52,543 nucleotides of DNA from Planctomycetota bacterium. GTDB lineage: Bacteria; Planctomycetota; B15-G4; JADJEK01. Shown here piece by piece: positions 8,397-17,270 of this stretch. Positions within the stretch are counted from its first letter, which is position 1. Each line of letters starts with the position of its first letter. The position numbers and the translations under genes were made by a program. The notes under the pieces were generated by a model. That model was not told the DNA's origin and did not search any database. It saw only the letters and a list, made by a program, of their open reading frames with translations. The stretch spans positions 1 to 52,543 of the forward strand of contig JBGAIQ010000041.1 of the NCBI GenBank assembly GCA_044225365.1, given 5' to 3'.

Positions 8397-10079
8397 TCAG
8401 GCCGCCCGGGCCTCGCGTTCGGGCCACGCGCTGGCCCCATGCGTTCGGGCCGCGGGGCCGTCCGGGCGTTCCCACGCCGCGTTGTGCGCACTGGGTGGGT
8501 GTTGCCTGCGGCGGCGGAGTTCTTGCGCTCTACGTGGTGTGCGAGCGGGGAGCTCCGTTCGACTCCGCGCGCGGCGGACCGCGCATGCTTCGCGAACGGA
8601 CTCCCCGCTCGCTTCCCTCGATGCGCGCGAGGGGGAGAAGAGGGGAAGGAAGAAGAAAGGAGCGCCGGGCTCCGCCCGGCAGATGGATTTGGGAAGAAAG
8701 AAGCCACGCTGGAGCGTGGCGGTCCGGGGAGCGCCGGGCTCCGCCCGGCATATGGATTTGGGAAGAAAGAAGCCACGCTGGAGCGTGGCGGTCCGGGGAG
8801 CGCCGGGCTCCGCCCGGCATGTGGATTTGGGAAGAAAGAAGCCACGCTGGAGCGTGGCGGTCCGGGGACCGCCGGGCTCCGCCCCGCAAATTCCAGTTTC
8901 CAATCGAATGTCGATTTCTAGCTCGACGTCGCGGCGGACGACGAGCTTCTCTTCGAAGGCCGTTTCTTTACCGTCGGTGACCATCAGCCTCACGCGACCT
9001 GCGCCTGTCCAAACGGAAAACCGGCCCGGCGTCTGAACGAAACCACAATCCATGGGCCGGTCGTCGGAGTCGTACAGGTGAATTTTCACGAAACAGGGTT
9101 CGCCGTCGGAACGAGAGATCTTGCCGCGCAGCTCGTAGAGCGGGAGATTGAGTGAATAATCAGTGCCGGCTCCAAAAATGGCGTAGCGCGTGAGGACCGG
9201 ACCATCGATCCCCTTCGCTCGGAATACGCGGAGCTTCAGCGGTCCCGGACTGAGCCCTTTGAGAACGAGCCTCGCGCGACCTTCCCCGAATTCCACCTTG
9301 CGCGGATCGATGTTTCCCGTTGGGGACTCGCCGGCGATCATGAACGCTTCTCCCGGGGAAGCGTCCGTCGTCAAGTTCACGGTGAGCCCACAGGTCGGGC
9401 CGCCGACGAGGTATTTCGGGACGGTATCGTCACTCCACTCCTGCCGCTCGTCCGGTAGATAATAAGCGCGCCAGTTCGCCTCGCCGGAACTCGAGTCGAT
9501 CTCTCGCGATTTCATATCGATCCCAGGCCGGTGTAAGAAAAGGATCGGGTCGAAGCGGAGAGCGTTGTCGCAGCCATCGATCTTCTCTTCCGCGGGGAGT
9601 GTGTTCCAACTCGCGAAGCCAAGGCGCTTCTTCCCGCTCGCGGCTCTTCGTTCAAGGGCGATCAAGGCGCCCGTCATATTACAATGCGTGATGTTGAGTC
9701 GGCCGGCCTTGAAACTCCACAACGAAGCTTCGAATCCCGCCGGTTTGAACGTCCAAATCGGATCGAATGCAGCGATGTCGTTCCAGAGCGTCGGGCGGTC
9801 CCAGAAAACGGCGAGCATCGTCAGGTCGTCGTCGGCCGTGTTGAGATCCTCGCCCGGACTCGAGATCCGCACGCCGAATGCAACATCGATGCTCCCGCTC
9901 TCGATCGCTCCGCCCCAGCGGTGGAGTAGGGCAGGAATTTCCGAGGCGTCGCTCGGCAGCGAATCGAGGTCGTGCCAAGTTCTCGCGACCTGGATCGCGC
10001 AGGCGTCGAACGTCGCGGCCGTCTCGCCCGCCTCGTTCGTCAGGGCGAGGCCTACCAGCACGAGGGCAGCGGTCAGCAC
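8397..10079 (-). CDS. Hypothetical exported protein; last ~165 codons read through REP repeats and intergenic-like DNA
   Basis: GTG start with GGAG RBS and a signal-peptide-like N-terminus. A carboxypeptidase-regulatory-like segment (LRGKISRSDGEP...PGRFSV) ends near 8890, followed by three 23-aa repeats and a low-complexity tail. Confidence 0.55.
   Translation of the reverse strand: MLTAALVLVGLALTNEAGETAATFDACAIQVARTWHDLDSLPSDASEIPALLHRWGGAIESGSIDVAFGVRISSPGEDLNTADDDLTMLAVFWDRPTLWNDIAAFDPIWTFKPAGFEASLWSFKAGRLNITHCNMTGALIALERRAASGKKRLGFASWNTLPAEEKIDGCDNALRFDPILFLHRPGIDMKSREIDSSSGEANWRAYYLPDERQEWSDDTVPKYLVGGPTCGLTVNLTTDASPGEAFMIAGESPTGNIDPRKVEFGEGRARLVLKGLSPGPLKLRVFRAKGIDGPVLTRYAIFGAGTDYSLNLPLYELRGKISRSDGEPCFVKIHLYDSDDRPMDCGFVQTPGRFSVWTGAGRVRLMVTDGKETAFEEKLVVRRDVELEIDIRLETGICGAEPGGPRTATLQRGFFLPKSTCRAEPGAPRTATLQRGFFLPKSICRAEPGAPRTATLQRGFFLPKSICRAEPGAPFFFLPLFSPSRASREASGESVREACAVRRARSRTELPARTPRRAQELRRRRQHPPSAHNAAWERPDGPAARTHGASAWPEREARAA
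8541..8612. repeat. Long imperfect hairpin (about 20-bp stem)
   Basis: gcgagcggggagctccgttcg (8541-8561) pairs with cgaacggactccccgctcgc (8593-8612), with one bulged base. Confidence 0.6.
8659..8888. repeat. 69-bp tandem array (3 units plus a partial 4th) of inverted REP-like doublets
   Basis: Units start at 8659, 8728, 8797 and 8866. Each full unit has ggagcgccgggc-tcc-gcccggc, an AG-rich linker, and the inverted relative gccacgct-gg-agcgtggcggtcc. Confidence 0.9.
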
Positions 10080-10121
10080 GGTGGAGACTCCATCAATTCA
10101 CCCATTGTCTTGGGCGAGTCC

Positions 10122-12452
10122 TCAGTTGCCGATGACCCAATGGACGCCATTGGTCTGGGCCGTGTGATAGAAACCCGTGGCTCCCGGATCGGGGAACATC
10201 GCCTGGAGATAGAGATGGAGGCCGCAGATCGCCGCGTCGGGGGGGAGCGGCACGTAGAGATAGAAATTCCCGGCGGCATCGAGTCCGGGGAGATAATAAG
10301 TGGCGAAGGGAGCGACGAGAAGCGTGCCCTTGTCGAATGGGATGGAAGCCGGGGCGAAGCCGACGAACAGAATCGCGGGCGACGCATTCGCGAACCCGTT
10401 CGAGATCGCGAGCAGCACCGTCTCCCCGAGGTGGGGCTCTTGGAACGTGCCGAGATAGGTCGGCCCATTCGTGCCGATCTTTCCGGACCCGTAGTTCGAC
10501 GCTGTCCCGTAACCACTGCAGCTGGGTTTGCCGAAGTACATGTACGCGACGCCCTCTTTCGTCTTCGAGTAGGAGTACTGGGGCGCGCCGATGATCGCGT
10601 CGGAGAATCCATCGCCGTTCACGTCTCCGGCGCTCGCGACCGAGGCGCCGAACGTCGAATCCTTCACGTTGTTGTTTCCGCTCCATAGGAAGTTGGGCGC
10701 GAGTCCCGACGCGTGGCCGAGATAGAGGAAGGCTCGTCCCATCGGGGTGAAGTTCACGGTCTGCTGCTGGGATCCGATGAGGACGTCGTCGAATCCGTCC
10801 CCGTCCGAATCTCCCGCGCTCGCAACGGAGATTCCAAACTCCGCGCCCGATTGATTGCTCTCGGCGGTCCATGAAACGGTCGTCGCGAGACCGGACGCCG
10901 AGCCCAGGTACGCGAACGCTCCGCCCTCGGTGCCTTGGCCGTTCGAGAGGTAAGGGGCTCCCACCACGACGTCCGAATAACCGTCGGAATTCACGTCTCC
11001 CGCCGACGCGACCGAGTAACCGAAGGCTGAAAGGATGACATTGCTCTCGACGGTCCAGACGGCGCTCGCTCCGAGCCCGATCGTGGAACCCTGAAAGACA
11101 TGAGCGCGACCTTCATCGAGTTCGCCGTGATCATGAAAAGGCGCGCCGACGATCACATCCGAGAACCCGTCGCCGTTGACATCGCCCGCGGAAGCGACCG
11201 AATATCCGAAATAAGCATTGGCTTGATCGCTCTCCGCCGACCATGCCGGTGTCGCGGCGAGACCCGTCGGGGAGCCGAGATAGAGGAAGGCCCGACCTTC
11301 GCTCGATTGTCCATTCGTGAACGTATTCGCGCCGACGATCACGTCGTCGTAGCCATCGCCGTTGACGTCTCCCGCGCTCGCCACCGAGCGCCCGAAGCCT
11401 GCTCCCGCCTGTCCGCTGGAAGCAGTCCAGGAAGGAGTCGTGGACGGCCCGAGCGCCGAACCGAGGTAGAGAAAGGCGCGGCCCGCGTCCGGGAACAACG
11501 TGTCGTAATTCGGCGCTCCGACGATCACGTCGTCGTAGCCATCTCCATTCACGTCGCCCGCGGAAGCGACACACCGCCCAAAATCGGAGAGGGTTTGATC
11601 GCCCTTCACCGTCCAGCCCGCGGCGGTCGCGAGTCCGGCTTGCGATCCGAGGTAGACGAAGACACGGCCATCGTCCGTGGCGATATTGGTGAATCCGGGC
11701 GCGCCGACGATGACATCGGAGAATCCGTCGCCGTTGACATCCCCCGCGCTCGCGACGGAGGTGCCGAAGTAGGCCGTGTTCTGATTTCCTTCGACGAACC
11801 AGGTCGGATACGAGAACAAGGGATCGATCGTGATCGGGTACTTCGCATCGCGATCGTTCACGGTGATCCGCACCGCGTTCTTCGAGACGATCATCGCGGC
11901 AGGCAGTTCGCGATGATCGGCATCGAATGCGGCGAGGTGATCGTAACGCAGTGCAGTCGATCCATCGGGCGAAACGAGATCCAAGCCGCCGTCCCGTTCG
12001 TGAGCCACGAGCGATCCGCCCAATGCGAGCTCGATCTCGACTTCGCCGTCGCCTTCGGGTGGAGCCGCGAAGGTGAAGCCCTGCTCGAGTCCCGCTTCGC
12101 CGTTCATGTACCACTCGACGAGGCCGCCGTGTTTTCGCTCGACCCGATCGTCGATCACGCTGAGGGGTGCGTCCGCCACGGGCGCGAGCCGGCCGTGGCG
12201 CCCGGCGCTCGTGAGGGCGATCGACCCGTCGTGGCTTTCGCCGCCGTTCGAAATCGGACGAACGAGCACGCCACCTCCCGCGGGAAAGGTCACGCGGAAG
12301 CGCTGCGCGCGGTTGAACGCTTCGGCCCCGCCATTCGCAGAGACGACGAAGTACTCGTTCCTCGCCTTCTCGGCGACGCCCTCCACGGACGATGGCGGAA
12401 CGCGAGTGATGAGAACGAGCGCCAGGGCGCAAATTCCCGATGGGATGAACAT
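10122..12452 (-). CDS. FG-GAP (integrin-alpha beta-propeller) repeat protein with shared C-terminal module
   Basis: Signal peptide; seven FG.SVASAGDVNGDG..DVIVGAP-type repeats; ~130-aa tail ending YLQAMFPDPGA...TNGVHWVIGN. Confidence 0.92.
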   Translation of the reverse strand: MFIPSGICALALVLITRVPPSSVEGVAEKARNEYFVVSANGGAEAFNRAQRFRVTFPAGGGVLVRPISNGGESHDGSIALTSAGRHGRLAPVADAPLSVIDDRVERKHGGLVEWYMNGEAGLEQGFTFAAPPEGDGEVEIELALGGSLVAHERDGGLDLVSPDGSTALRYDHLAAFDADHRELPAAMIVSKNAVRITVNDRDAKYPITIDPLFSYPTWFVEGNQNTAYFGTSVASAGDVNGDGFSDVIVGAPGFTNIATDDGRVFVYLGSQAGLATAAGWTVKGDQTLSDFGRCVASAGDVNGDGYDDVIVGAPNYDTLFPDAGRAFLYLGSALGPSTTPSWTASSGQAGAGFGRSVASAGDVNGDGYDDVIVGANTFTNGQSSEGRAFLYLGSPTGLAATPAWSAESDQANAYFGYSVASAGDVNGDGFSDVIVGAPFHDHGELDEGRAHVFQGSTIGLGASAVWTVESNVILSAFGYSVASAGDVNSDGYSDVVVGAPYLSNGQGTEGGAFAYLGSASGLATTVSWTAESNQSGAEFGISVASAGDSDGDGFDDVLIGSQQQTVNFTPMGRAFLYLGHASGLAPNFLWSGNNNVKDSTFGASVASAGDVNGDGFSDAIIGAPQYSYSKTKEGVAYMYFGKPSCSGYGTASNYGSGKIGTNGPTYLGTFQEPHLGETVLLAISNGFANASPAILFVGFAPASIPFDKGTLLVAPFATYYLPGLDAAGNFYLYVPLPPDAAICGLHLYLQAMFPDPGATGFYHTAQTNGVHWVIGN

Positions 12453-12509
12453 GTCCTCTTTCTCCCTTCGATCGCGACGAGGCCACTCGCGGCGCCGCGA
12501 AATGTCGAT

Positions 12510-13445
12510 TCAGTAGATCTGCACCACGAGCCCGTTCGAGGCCGCGAACCCGCGAGGCACACCGCCATCGGGAACGAGAGCCTGCATCGTGAATGTGAAG
12601 GTCGTGGAGCCCGGCGGCAGCGCTCCGATCAGCGTGATGTTGCCCGCGCCCGCGCCCACGCCACCGAGCGGCACCGTCACGAAGAACGGCAGGATCGGAG
12701 TGACGAGGAGAGCGCAGCCGGTCCCGCCGATGGCCGACGTGCCTGCCGAGAGTCCGAAGAACAGCGTCGCCGTCGATCCGCCGAGCGCGTGATCGAGCGT
12801 GATCGAGACGTTGTTGCCCGCGATCGCGCAGCCATCGGCATGCAGTTGCGGAACGAATCCGCCGCTGCCCGCGCAGCCCAGGCCGTACGGGCTCGGGATC
12901 TCGGGACAATCGCAGATCAGTTGGAATTTGAAGTGGCGGTCCTGCGACTGCTGCAGATCACCCCACGTCTGGCCCCCGTCGAGCGAGATACGAAACGGTT
13001 GACCGAGATCCGCGCCGGGGTTCGCCATCGGGGATTGCGCGCCGCCGATCGTTCCCCATCCGAGCCAGTAGCTCTTGCCCGGTAGCAGCAGCGGATGGAG
13101 CGAGAAATCCGCGCCCTGAAAGCCGACGGGAAGCACGCACGCGAAATTCGTCGATGTGAGCGGAGCGCCCGGCGCGCCGGCGGCGTCCTCGTAGATGGAG
13201 AGCGTCATCGTCCCGGTCTTCTCGCCCGTGAAGATCTTGGCGCCGCGGATCTGCAGCGTCTCCTGCACCGAGAATTGGATGCCGAACGTCACCGCACCGA
13301 CGGACGAGAAGTCTTCGTAATCAGGGCCGCCGTTCTCGACGTGGCAGACGACCTGTGCGTTCGTGATGTTGGAGGAAGCGAAGAAGAGGACCGCGAGCGA
13401 AGCGAGCCGCGCGAACGGATGAATACGGGTGAGAACATGCGCCAT
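12510..13445 (-). CDS. Secreted protein: choice-of-anchor-R-like passenger domain plus shared C-terminal module
   Basis: Signal peptide LASLAVLFFASSNITNA-Q; SIYEDAAGAPG..L...F...LLPGKSYW pattern; tail ending MQALVPDGG...ASNGLVVQIY. Start may be 13445 or 13463. Confidence 0.75.
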   Translation of the reverse strand: MAHVLTRIHPFARLASLAVLFFASSNITNAQVVCHVENGGPDYEDFSSVGAVTFGIQFSVQETLQIRGAKIFTGEKTGTMTLSIYEDAAGAPGAPLTSTNFACVLPVGFQGADFSLHPLLLPGKSYWLGWGTIGGAQSPMANPGADLGQPFRISLDGGQTWGDLQQSQDRHFKFQLICDCPEIPSPYGLGCAGSGGFVPQLHADGCAIAGNNVSITLDHALGGSTATLFFGLSAGTSAIGGTGCALLVTPILPFFVTVPLGGVGAGAGNITLIGALPPGSTTFTFTMQALVPDGGVPRGFAASNGLVVQIY

Positions 13446-13520
13446 GACGATGACTCCCGGCAATCGCGCGGCGCGAGGAAGTGTACTCGAATCGACCGGG
13501 TGGTGGGGCTGCCAGGGAAA

Positions 13521-13973
13521 TTAGAAAGAGAGGATCTGCTCCACGCCGTCGACGCAGTCGATGTGGAAGGTGAAGCGGTGCGTGAGCTCGCACTCGCGGC
13601 GAGTGCGAGCGAGGTCGCGAGGAAGCACATCCATCAGCGACGCGGCGGCGCGGTAGATCTTGATGCATCCGGATTCGCGTTCGTACACGCTCTCGCACGA
13701 AATGCCTTGGAAGTCGTATTCGACGACGAAGCGAATCGTCGCTCCGGGATCGAGCGCCTGGTAGCTCGTGTTTCGATCGAACCTAAGTTGGGCGAGCCGC
13801 GGGGCGTTCGCACGACTCGTGACGAACACGTAGCGCGCCCGCATCACGCTCGTTCCCCGGTCGCGACTTCGATAGGACGCGAGCCCCGCGTCGATCCGGA
13901 TCTCCACCTCCGCATCCGAGTACGTCGGCTGGGGGAACAGGCGGTGCACGATCTTCGAGTCGCTGCGTCGCAT
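13521..13973 (-). CDS. Hypothetical protein (150 aa)
   Basis: ATG 13973 with GGAG RBS. Fills the gap before the divergent monooxygenase; the upstream part of the listed ORF is antisense to that gene. Confidence 0.55.
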   Translation of the reverse strand: MRRSDSKIVHRLFPQPTYSDAEVEIRIDAGLASYRSRDRGTSVMRARYVFVTSRANAPRLAQLRFDRNTSYQALDPGATIRFVVEYDFQGISCESVYERESGCIKIYRAAASLMDVLPRDLARTRRECELTHRFTFHIDCVDGVEQILSF

Positions 13974-14154
13974 TGGCGTCTCCGGATGATCGCAGAGGAC
14001 GGTGGACCCATCTATCGGACGCGTTCTGCGCGCCACGCGGGAAAAGGCGATCGATTTCTCGAAGCCACCTCCGTTTCTTCGTTTCTTTGGACCGTAGCCC
14101 CCATCGCGATATCGTGGCCCGTGTCGCGAGCGCGACGGCGAGGACGGTGAGTTC

Positions 14155-15330
14155 GTGCGAGCGATCGTGATCGGTGGTGGGATCGGCGGCGTGACCGCGG
14201 CGCTGGCGCTGCGAAAGGCCGGCATCGAAACGCGAGTCTTCGAACGCGCGCCGGGCGCGAGCGAGGTCGGCGCCGGGATCAGCATGTGGGGGAACGCGAT
14301 TCGCGCGCTCGACTCGATCGGAGCGGCGGGTCCCGTCCTCGCGCGCGGCGAGCCGATGCGAATCGCAGAGATGAAGTCGTCGCGCGGGCGCGTGCAATCC
14401 CGAATGGACATGGGCGGCTTCGATCGGGCGCAGGGCGTGACGAGCGTCATCATCCATCGAGCGGAGCTGCTCGACGCGCTCCTCTCGCAGCTCCCGAGCG
14501 ATTGCGTTCGTTTCGGCCACGAACTCGTCGATTGCCAGAATCGCTCGGACTCGGTGGTCGCGAGCTTCGCGAACGGGGTTCGCGAGGAAGCGGACGTACT
14601 GATCGGCGCCGATGGTCTGCGTTCGCGCGTCCGAGAAGTCGTCCATGGGAAACAAGAGCCGCGCTACTCGGGATATACCTGTTTCCGTGGCGTGGTCGAG
14701 TGGAAGGATCACTCGATCGTCGAGCCGGGACACATCAGCGAGTCGTGGGGCGCGGGTTCCCGCTTCGGCGTCATCCGCATGACTCAGAATCGGATCTACT
14801 GGTTCGGGACGTGGAACGCGCCTCCAATGCGCCCCGGCGAGATCCCGAGGAACTCCAAGGACATCGCGGCCCGGATCTTCGCGGAGTATTGGCGACCGAT
14901 CCCCGAGATCATCGCGGCGACCGACGAAGCGCGAGTCTTGCGTCACGACATCGTCGACCGCGAGCCGAGGCGCGGATGGTCGGAGGGCCGCATCACCCTA
15001 CTCGGGGACGCCGCCCATCCCACGACACCGAACGTCGGCCAAGGAGGTTGTCTCGCGATCGAGGACGGTATCGTTCTCGCGCGAGTGCTCGCGAGTTTCG
15101 CGAATCCGATCGACGCTCTCTCGCGGTACGAGTCACTGCGATTCGATCGCTGCGCGCAGATCACGAATTTCTCTTGGCGACTCGGGATCGTCGGGCAATG
15201 GGCGAACCCGCTCGTTCGCGCCCTGCGCGACCTGGTGCTGCGTCACACGCCGCAGTCGGGAATCGAGAAGCAACATGCCCGCTACGTCGGGTTCGACGTC
15301 GTGTCGAGCGTCGATGAGCGACCGACCTGA
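14155..15330 (+). CDS. FAD-dependent monooxygenase (class A flavoprotein hydroxylase)
   Basis: VIGGGIGG, LIGADGLRSRVR, LLGDAAHPTTPNVGQGGCLAIEDG motifs. Confidence 0.93.
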   Translation: MRAIVIGGGIGGVTAALALRKAGIETRVFERAPGASEVGAGISMWGNAIRALDSIGAAGPVLARGEPMRIAEMKSSRGRVQSRMDMGGFDRAQGVTSVIIHRAELLDALLSQLPSDCVRFGHELVDCQNRSDSVVASFANGVREEADVLIGADGLRSRVREVVHGKQEPRYSGYTCFRGVVEWKDHSIVEPGHISESWGAGSRFGVIRMTQNRIYWFGTWNAPPMRPGEIPRNSKDIAARIFAEYWRPIPEIIAATDEARVLRHDIVDREPRRGWSEGRITLLGDAAHPTTPNVGQGGCLAIEDGIVLARVLASFANPIDALSRYESLRFDRCAQITNFSWRLGIVGQWANPLVRALRDLVLRHTPQSGIEKQHARYVGFDVVSSVDERPT

Positions 15331-15397
15331 AGACGATTCGCAAAGTTCGTCGAAGCGAAATGGGAACCGTCGTTCTCGCGCTGCGTAAACAGCGAGT

Positions 15398-15430
15398 TCG
15401 ATCGCAACGATGAAAGCTCGTTGCGATCGA
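15398..15430. terminator. Perfect 13-bp hairpin downstream of the monooxygenase
   Basis: tcgatcgcaacga-tgaaagc-tcgttgcgatcga; no U-tract. Confidence 0.45.
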
Positions 15431-15451
15431 GTCGCAGCGGCAGGTCCACGC

Positions 15452-15480
15452 TTGACGCGCGAGGACTTTGCGGCGACGAT
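15452..15480 (+). promoter_or_regulatory. Putative sigma70-type promoter for the 15601 gene
   Basis: TTGACG-N17-GACGAT, about 120 nt upstream of a TTG start that has an AGGAG RBS. Confidence 0.35.
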
Positions 15481-15600
15481 TACGCCTGCCTGACTCCGAA
15501 ATGGCGCTGAAGCCCCAGGTTACCCTCTCCACACGGGTGGGATACTCATGCGCTCCGAAACCCGAATCACCCCGATCCAGAACTCCGCAGGAGATCACCT

Positions 15601-17235
15601 TTGAAGCTCGCCCGCTCCCTCATCGCCGTCGCGGCGTTTGCCGTCGCGCTGACCGCCGGTAGCGCCTTTGCGCAACCGAACGCAGTCCCGGGTCGTGACC
15701 TGAAACTCAACTCGCTGAACGGCCTGCTCACGATGGGCCGCACGGGCACGTTCCCGAACGGCATGAATGGCTGCGCGGAGTCGACGACCTCCTGCAATCC
15801 CGGAACCAACAACATTCCATGGAACCAGGCGATGGGCGCGACCCATCCCTTCATCTCCTTCATCTTCGCTCGCCAGATGAACGGTCGTCTCGAGCAGATC
15901 AGCGATCGCAGCTACGTGAAGCACGGCTTCTTCGCGACCAATTCCAACGGCTGCGGCGTCTGCCAGAACCCGGGCACGAGCGCGCTCCTCGGGCTCAACT
16001 GCTCCGACACCTACGCGACGTCGAACAATGGCGATAATTTCTGGCTCGCGCCGGCGGAAGAGATCAATCCGTGGACGGGTGCGTGGGTTCCGGCCTGCTC
16101 GCACTTCGACAAGGGTGAGCCGCCGGTTGCGCTCGCGCAGCAGTGCGACGGTATTCGCAGCCTCTCGACTGCGCAGGCGAATGCGCTCGGCCCCGTGGGC
16201 CATCGCGTCCGCGTACCCGACTCGTCGTTCAATGTGACGGGCGCCCAGTTCTTCTATCAGGGCATGTACACGACGCAGGGCGAACCCGAGTCGAACCGCG
16301 GCAACAACATGGGTTGGAAGCCGTTCAACGCGACGTGGACGGGCTCGAGCTGGAGCCTCCAGCAATTCGGTTCGATCACCTACAACTCGGTGCTCTCGGC
16401 CTGGACGGGCGCGACGGTGACGTCGAACACGAACGGCACGGACGACGGTCGCGTCTACGTCGCGGTCAAGATCACCGGCCCGACGAACGGACTCTACCAC
16501 TACGAGTACGCGGTGCACAACCGTGACAATTCGCGCGGCGTGAACGCGTTCCGCCTCCCGGTCTGCTCCGCGGCGCTCGTCGCGAACGCGGGCTTCAAGG
16601 ACACGGACACCGACGCCTCGAACGACTGGACGTTCACGCGCAACCCGACCGAGATCGTCTTCAACACGGCGAACAACCCGCTGAACTGGAATGAGTTCTT
16701 CAACTTCTGGTTCGACAGCGACGCGGGTCCGGTCTCCGCCGCGATCACGCTCGACGAAGCGGCTGCCGGAGCGGGCGCCGCGCAGTTCTCCGTCCCGACG
16801 TCGGCGCCGTCCGAGCTCTACAACGTGAACCTCGGCGGCGGCTGCGGCACCGCAGGCGCTCCGGATCTCCACGCGACGGGTAGCCCCGCGAAGGCGACGC
16901 TCGGCAACGCGACGTTCGGCATCGAGACGACGAACGTCGCTCCCGGCGCCTCGACGCTCCTCTGGGCCAGCGCGCTGGACGGCTCGCTCGCGCTCAACGG
17001 GTCCTGCACGCTCGGCATGAACGTGGCCGGACTCTTCCTCCAGCTCCCGATGACGGCGAACGGCTCGGGCGTCGCGGCGCTCCCGCTCGCGATCCCGGTC
17101 GATCCGACGCTCGAAGGCGTCCACGTCAACTTCGCGACGTGGGAGATCGTCCTCGACGGCGCGGTGGCGCATCAGGCGAATCTGTCGAACACGCTCCGCG
17201 TGCGCATCGGCAATTCGATCCTCGGCTGTCCGTGA
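15601..17235 (+). CDS. Secreted Cys-rich protein with a lysyl-oxidase-like N-domain and shared C-terminal module
   Basis: TTG start, AGGAG RBS, signal peptide ending AFA-Q, strong codon bias. Motifs CNPGT, KHGF, CSDTY, PESNRGNN; tail ending LSNTLRVRIGN. Confidence 0.85.
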   Translation: MKLARSLIAVAAFAVALTAGSAFAQPNAVPGRDLKLNSLNGLLTMGRTGTFPNGMNGCAESTTSCNPGTNNIPWNQAMGATHPFISFIFARQMNGRLEQISDRSYVKHGFFATNSNGCGVCQNPGTSALLGLNCSDTYATSNNGDNFWLAPAEEINPWTGAWVPACSHFDKGEPPVALAQQCDGIRSLSTAQANALGPVGHRVRVPDSSFNVTGAQFFYQGMYTTQGEPESNRGNNMGWKPFNATWTGSSWSLQQFGSITYNSVLSAWTGATVTSNTNGTDDGRVYVAVKITGPTNGLYHYEYAVHNRDNSRGVNAFRLPVCSAALVANAGFKDTDTDASNDWTFTRNPTEIVFNTANNPLNWNEFFNFWFDSDAGPVSAAITLDEAAAGAGAAQFSVPTSAPSELYNVNLGGGCGTAGAPDLHATGSPAKATLGNATFGIETTNVAPGASTLLWASALDGSLALNGSCTLGMNVAGLFLQLPMTANGSGVAALPLAIPVDPTLEGVHVNFATWEIVLDGAVAHQANLSNTLRVRIGNSILGCP

Positions 17236-17270
17236 GGATCGACGGATCGGACGTCGCTCTACCTGATCGG

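Noticed and set aside
8659-8888. CRISPR array (69-bp period, palindromic unit)
   Set aside because: The intervening sequences are near-identical rather than unique spacers, there are no cas genes, and the unit belongs to the dispersed REP family.
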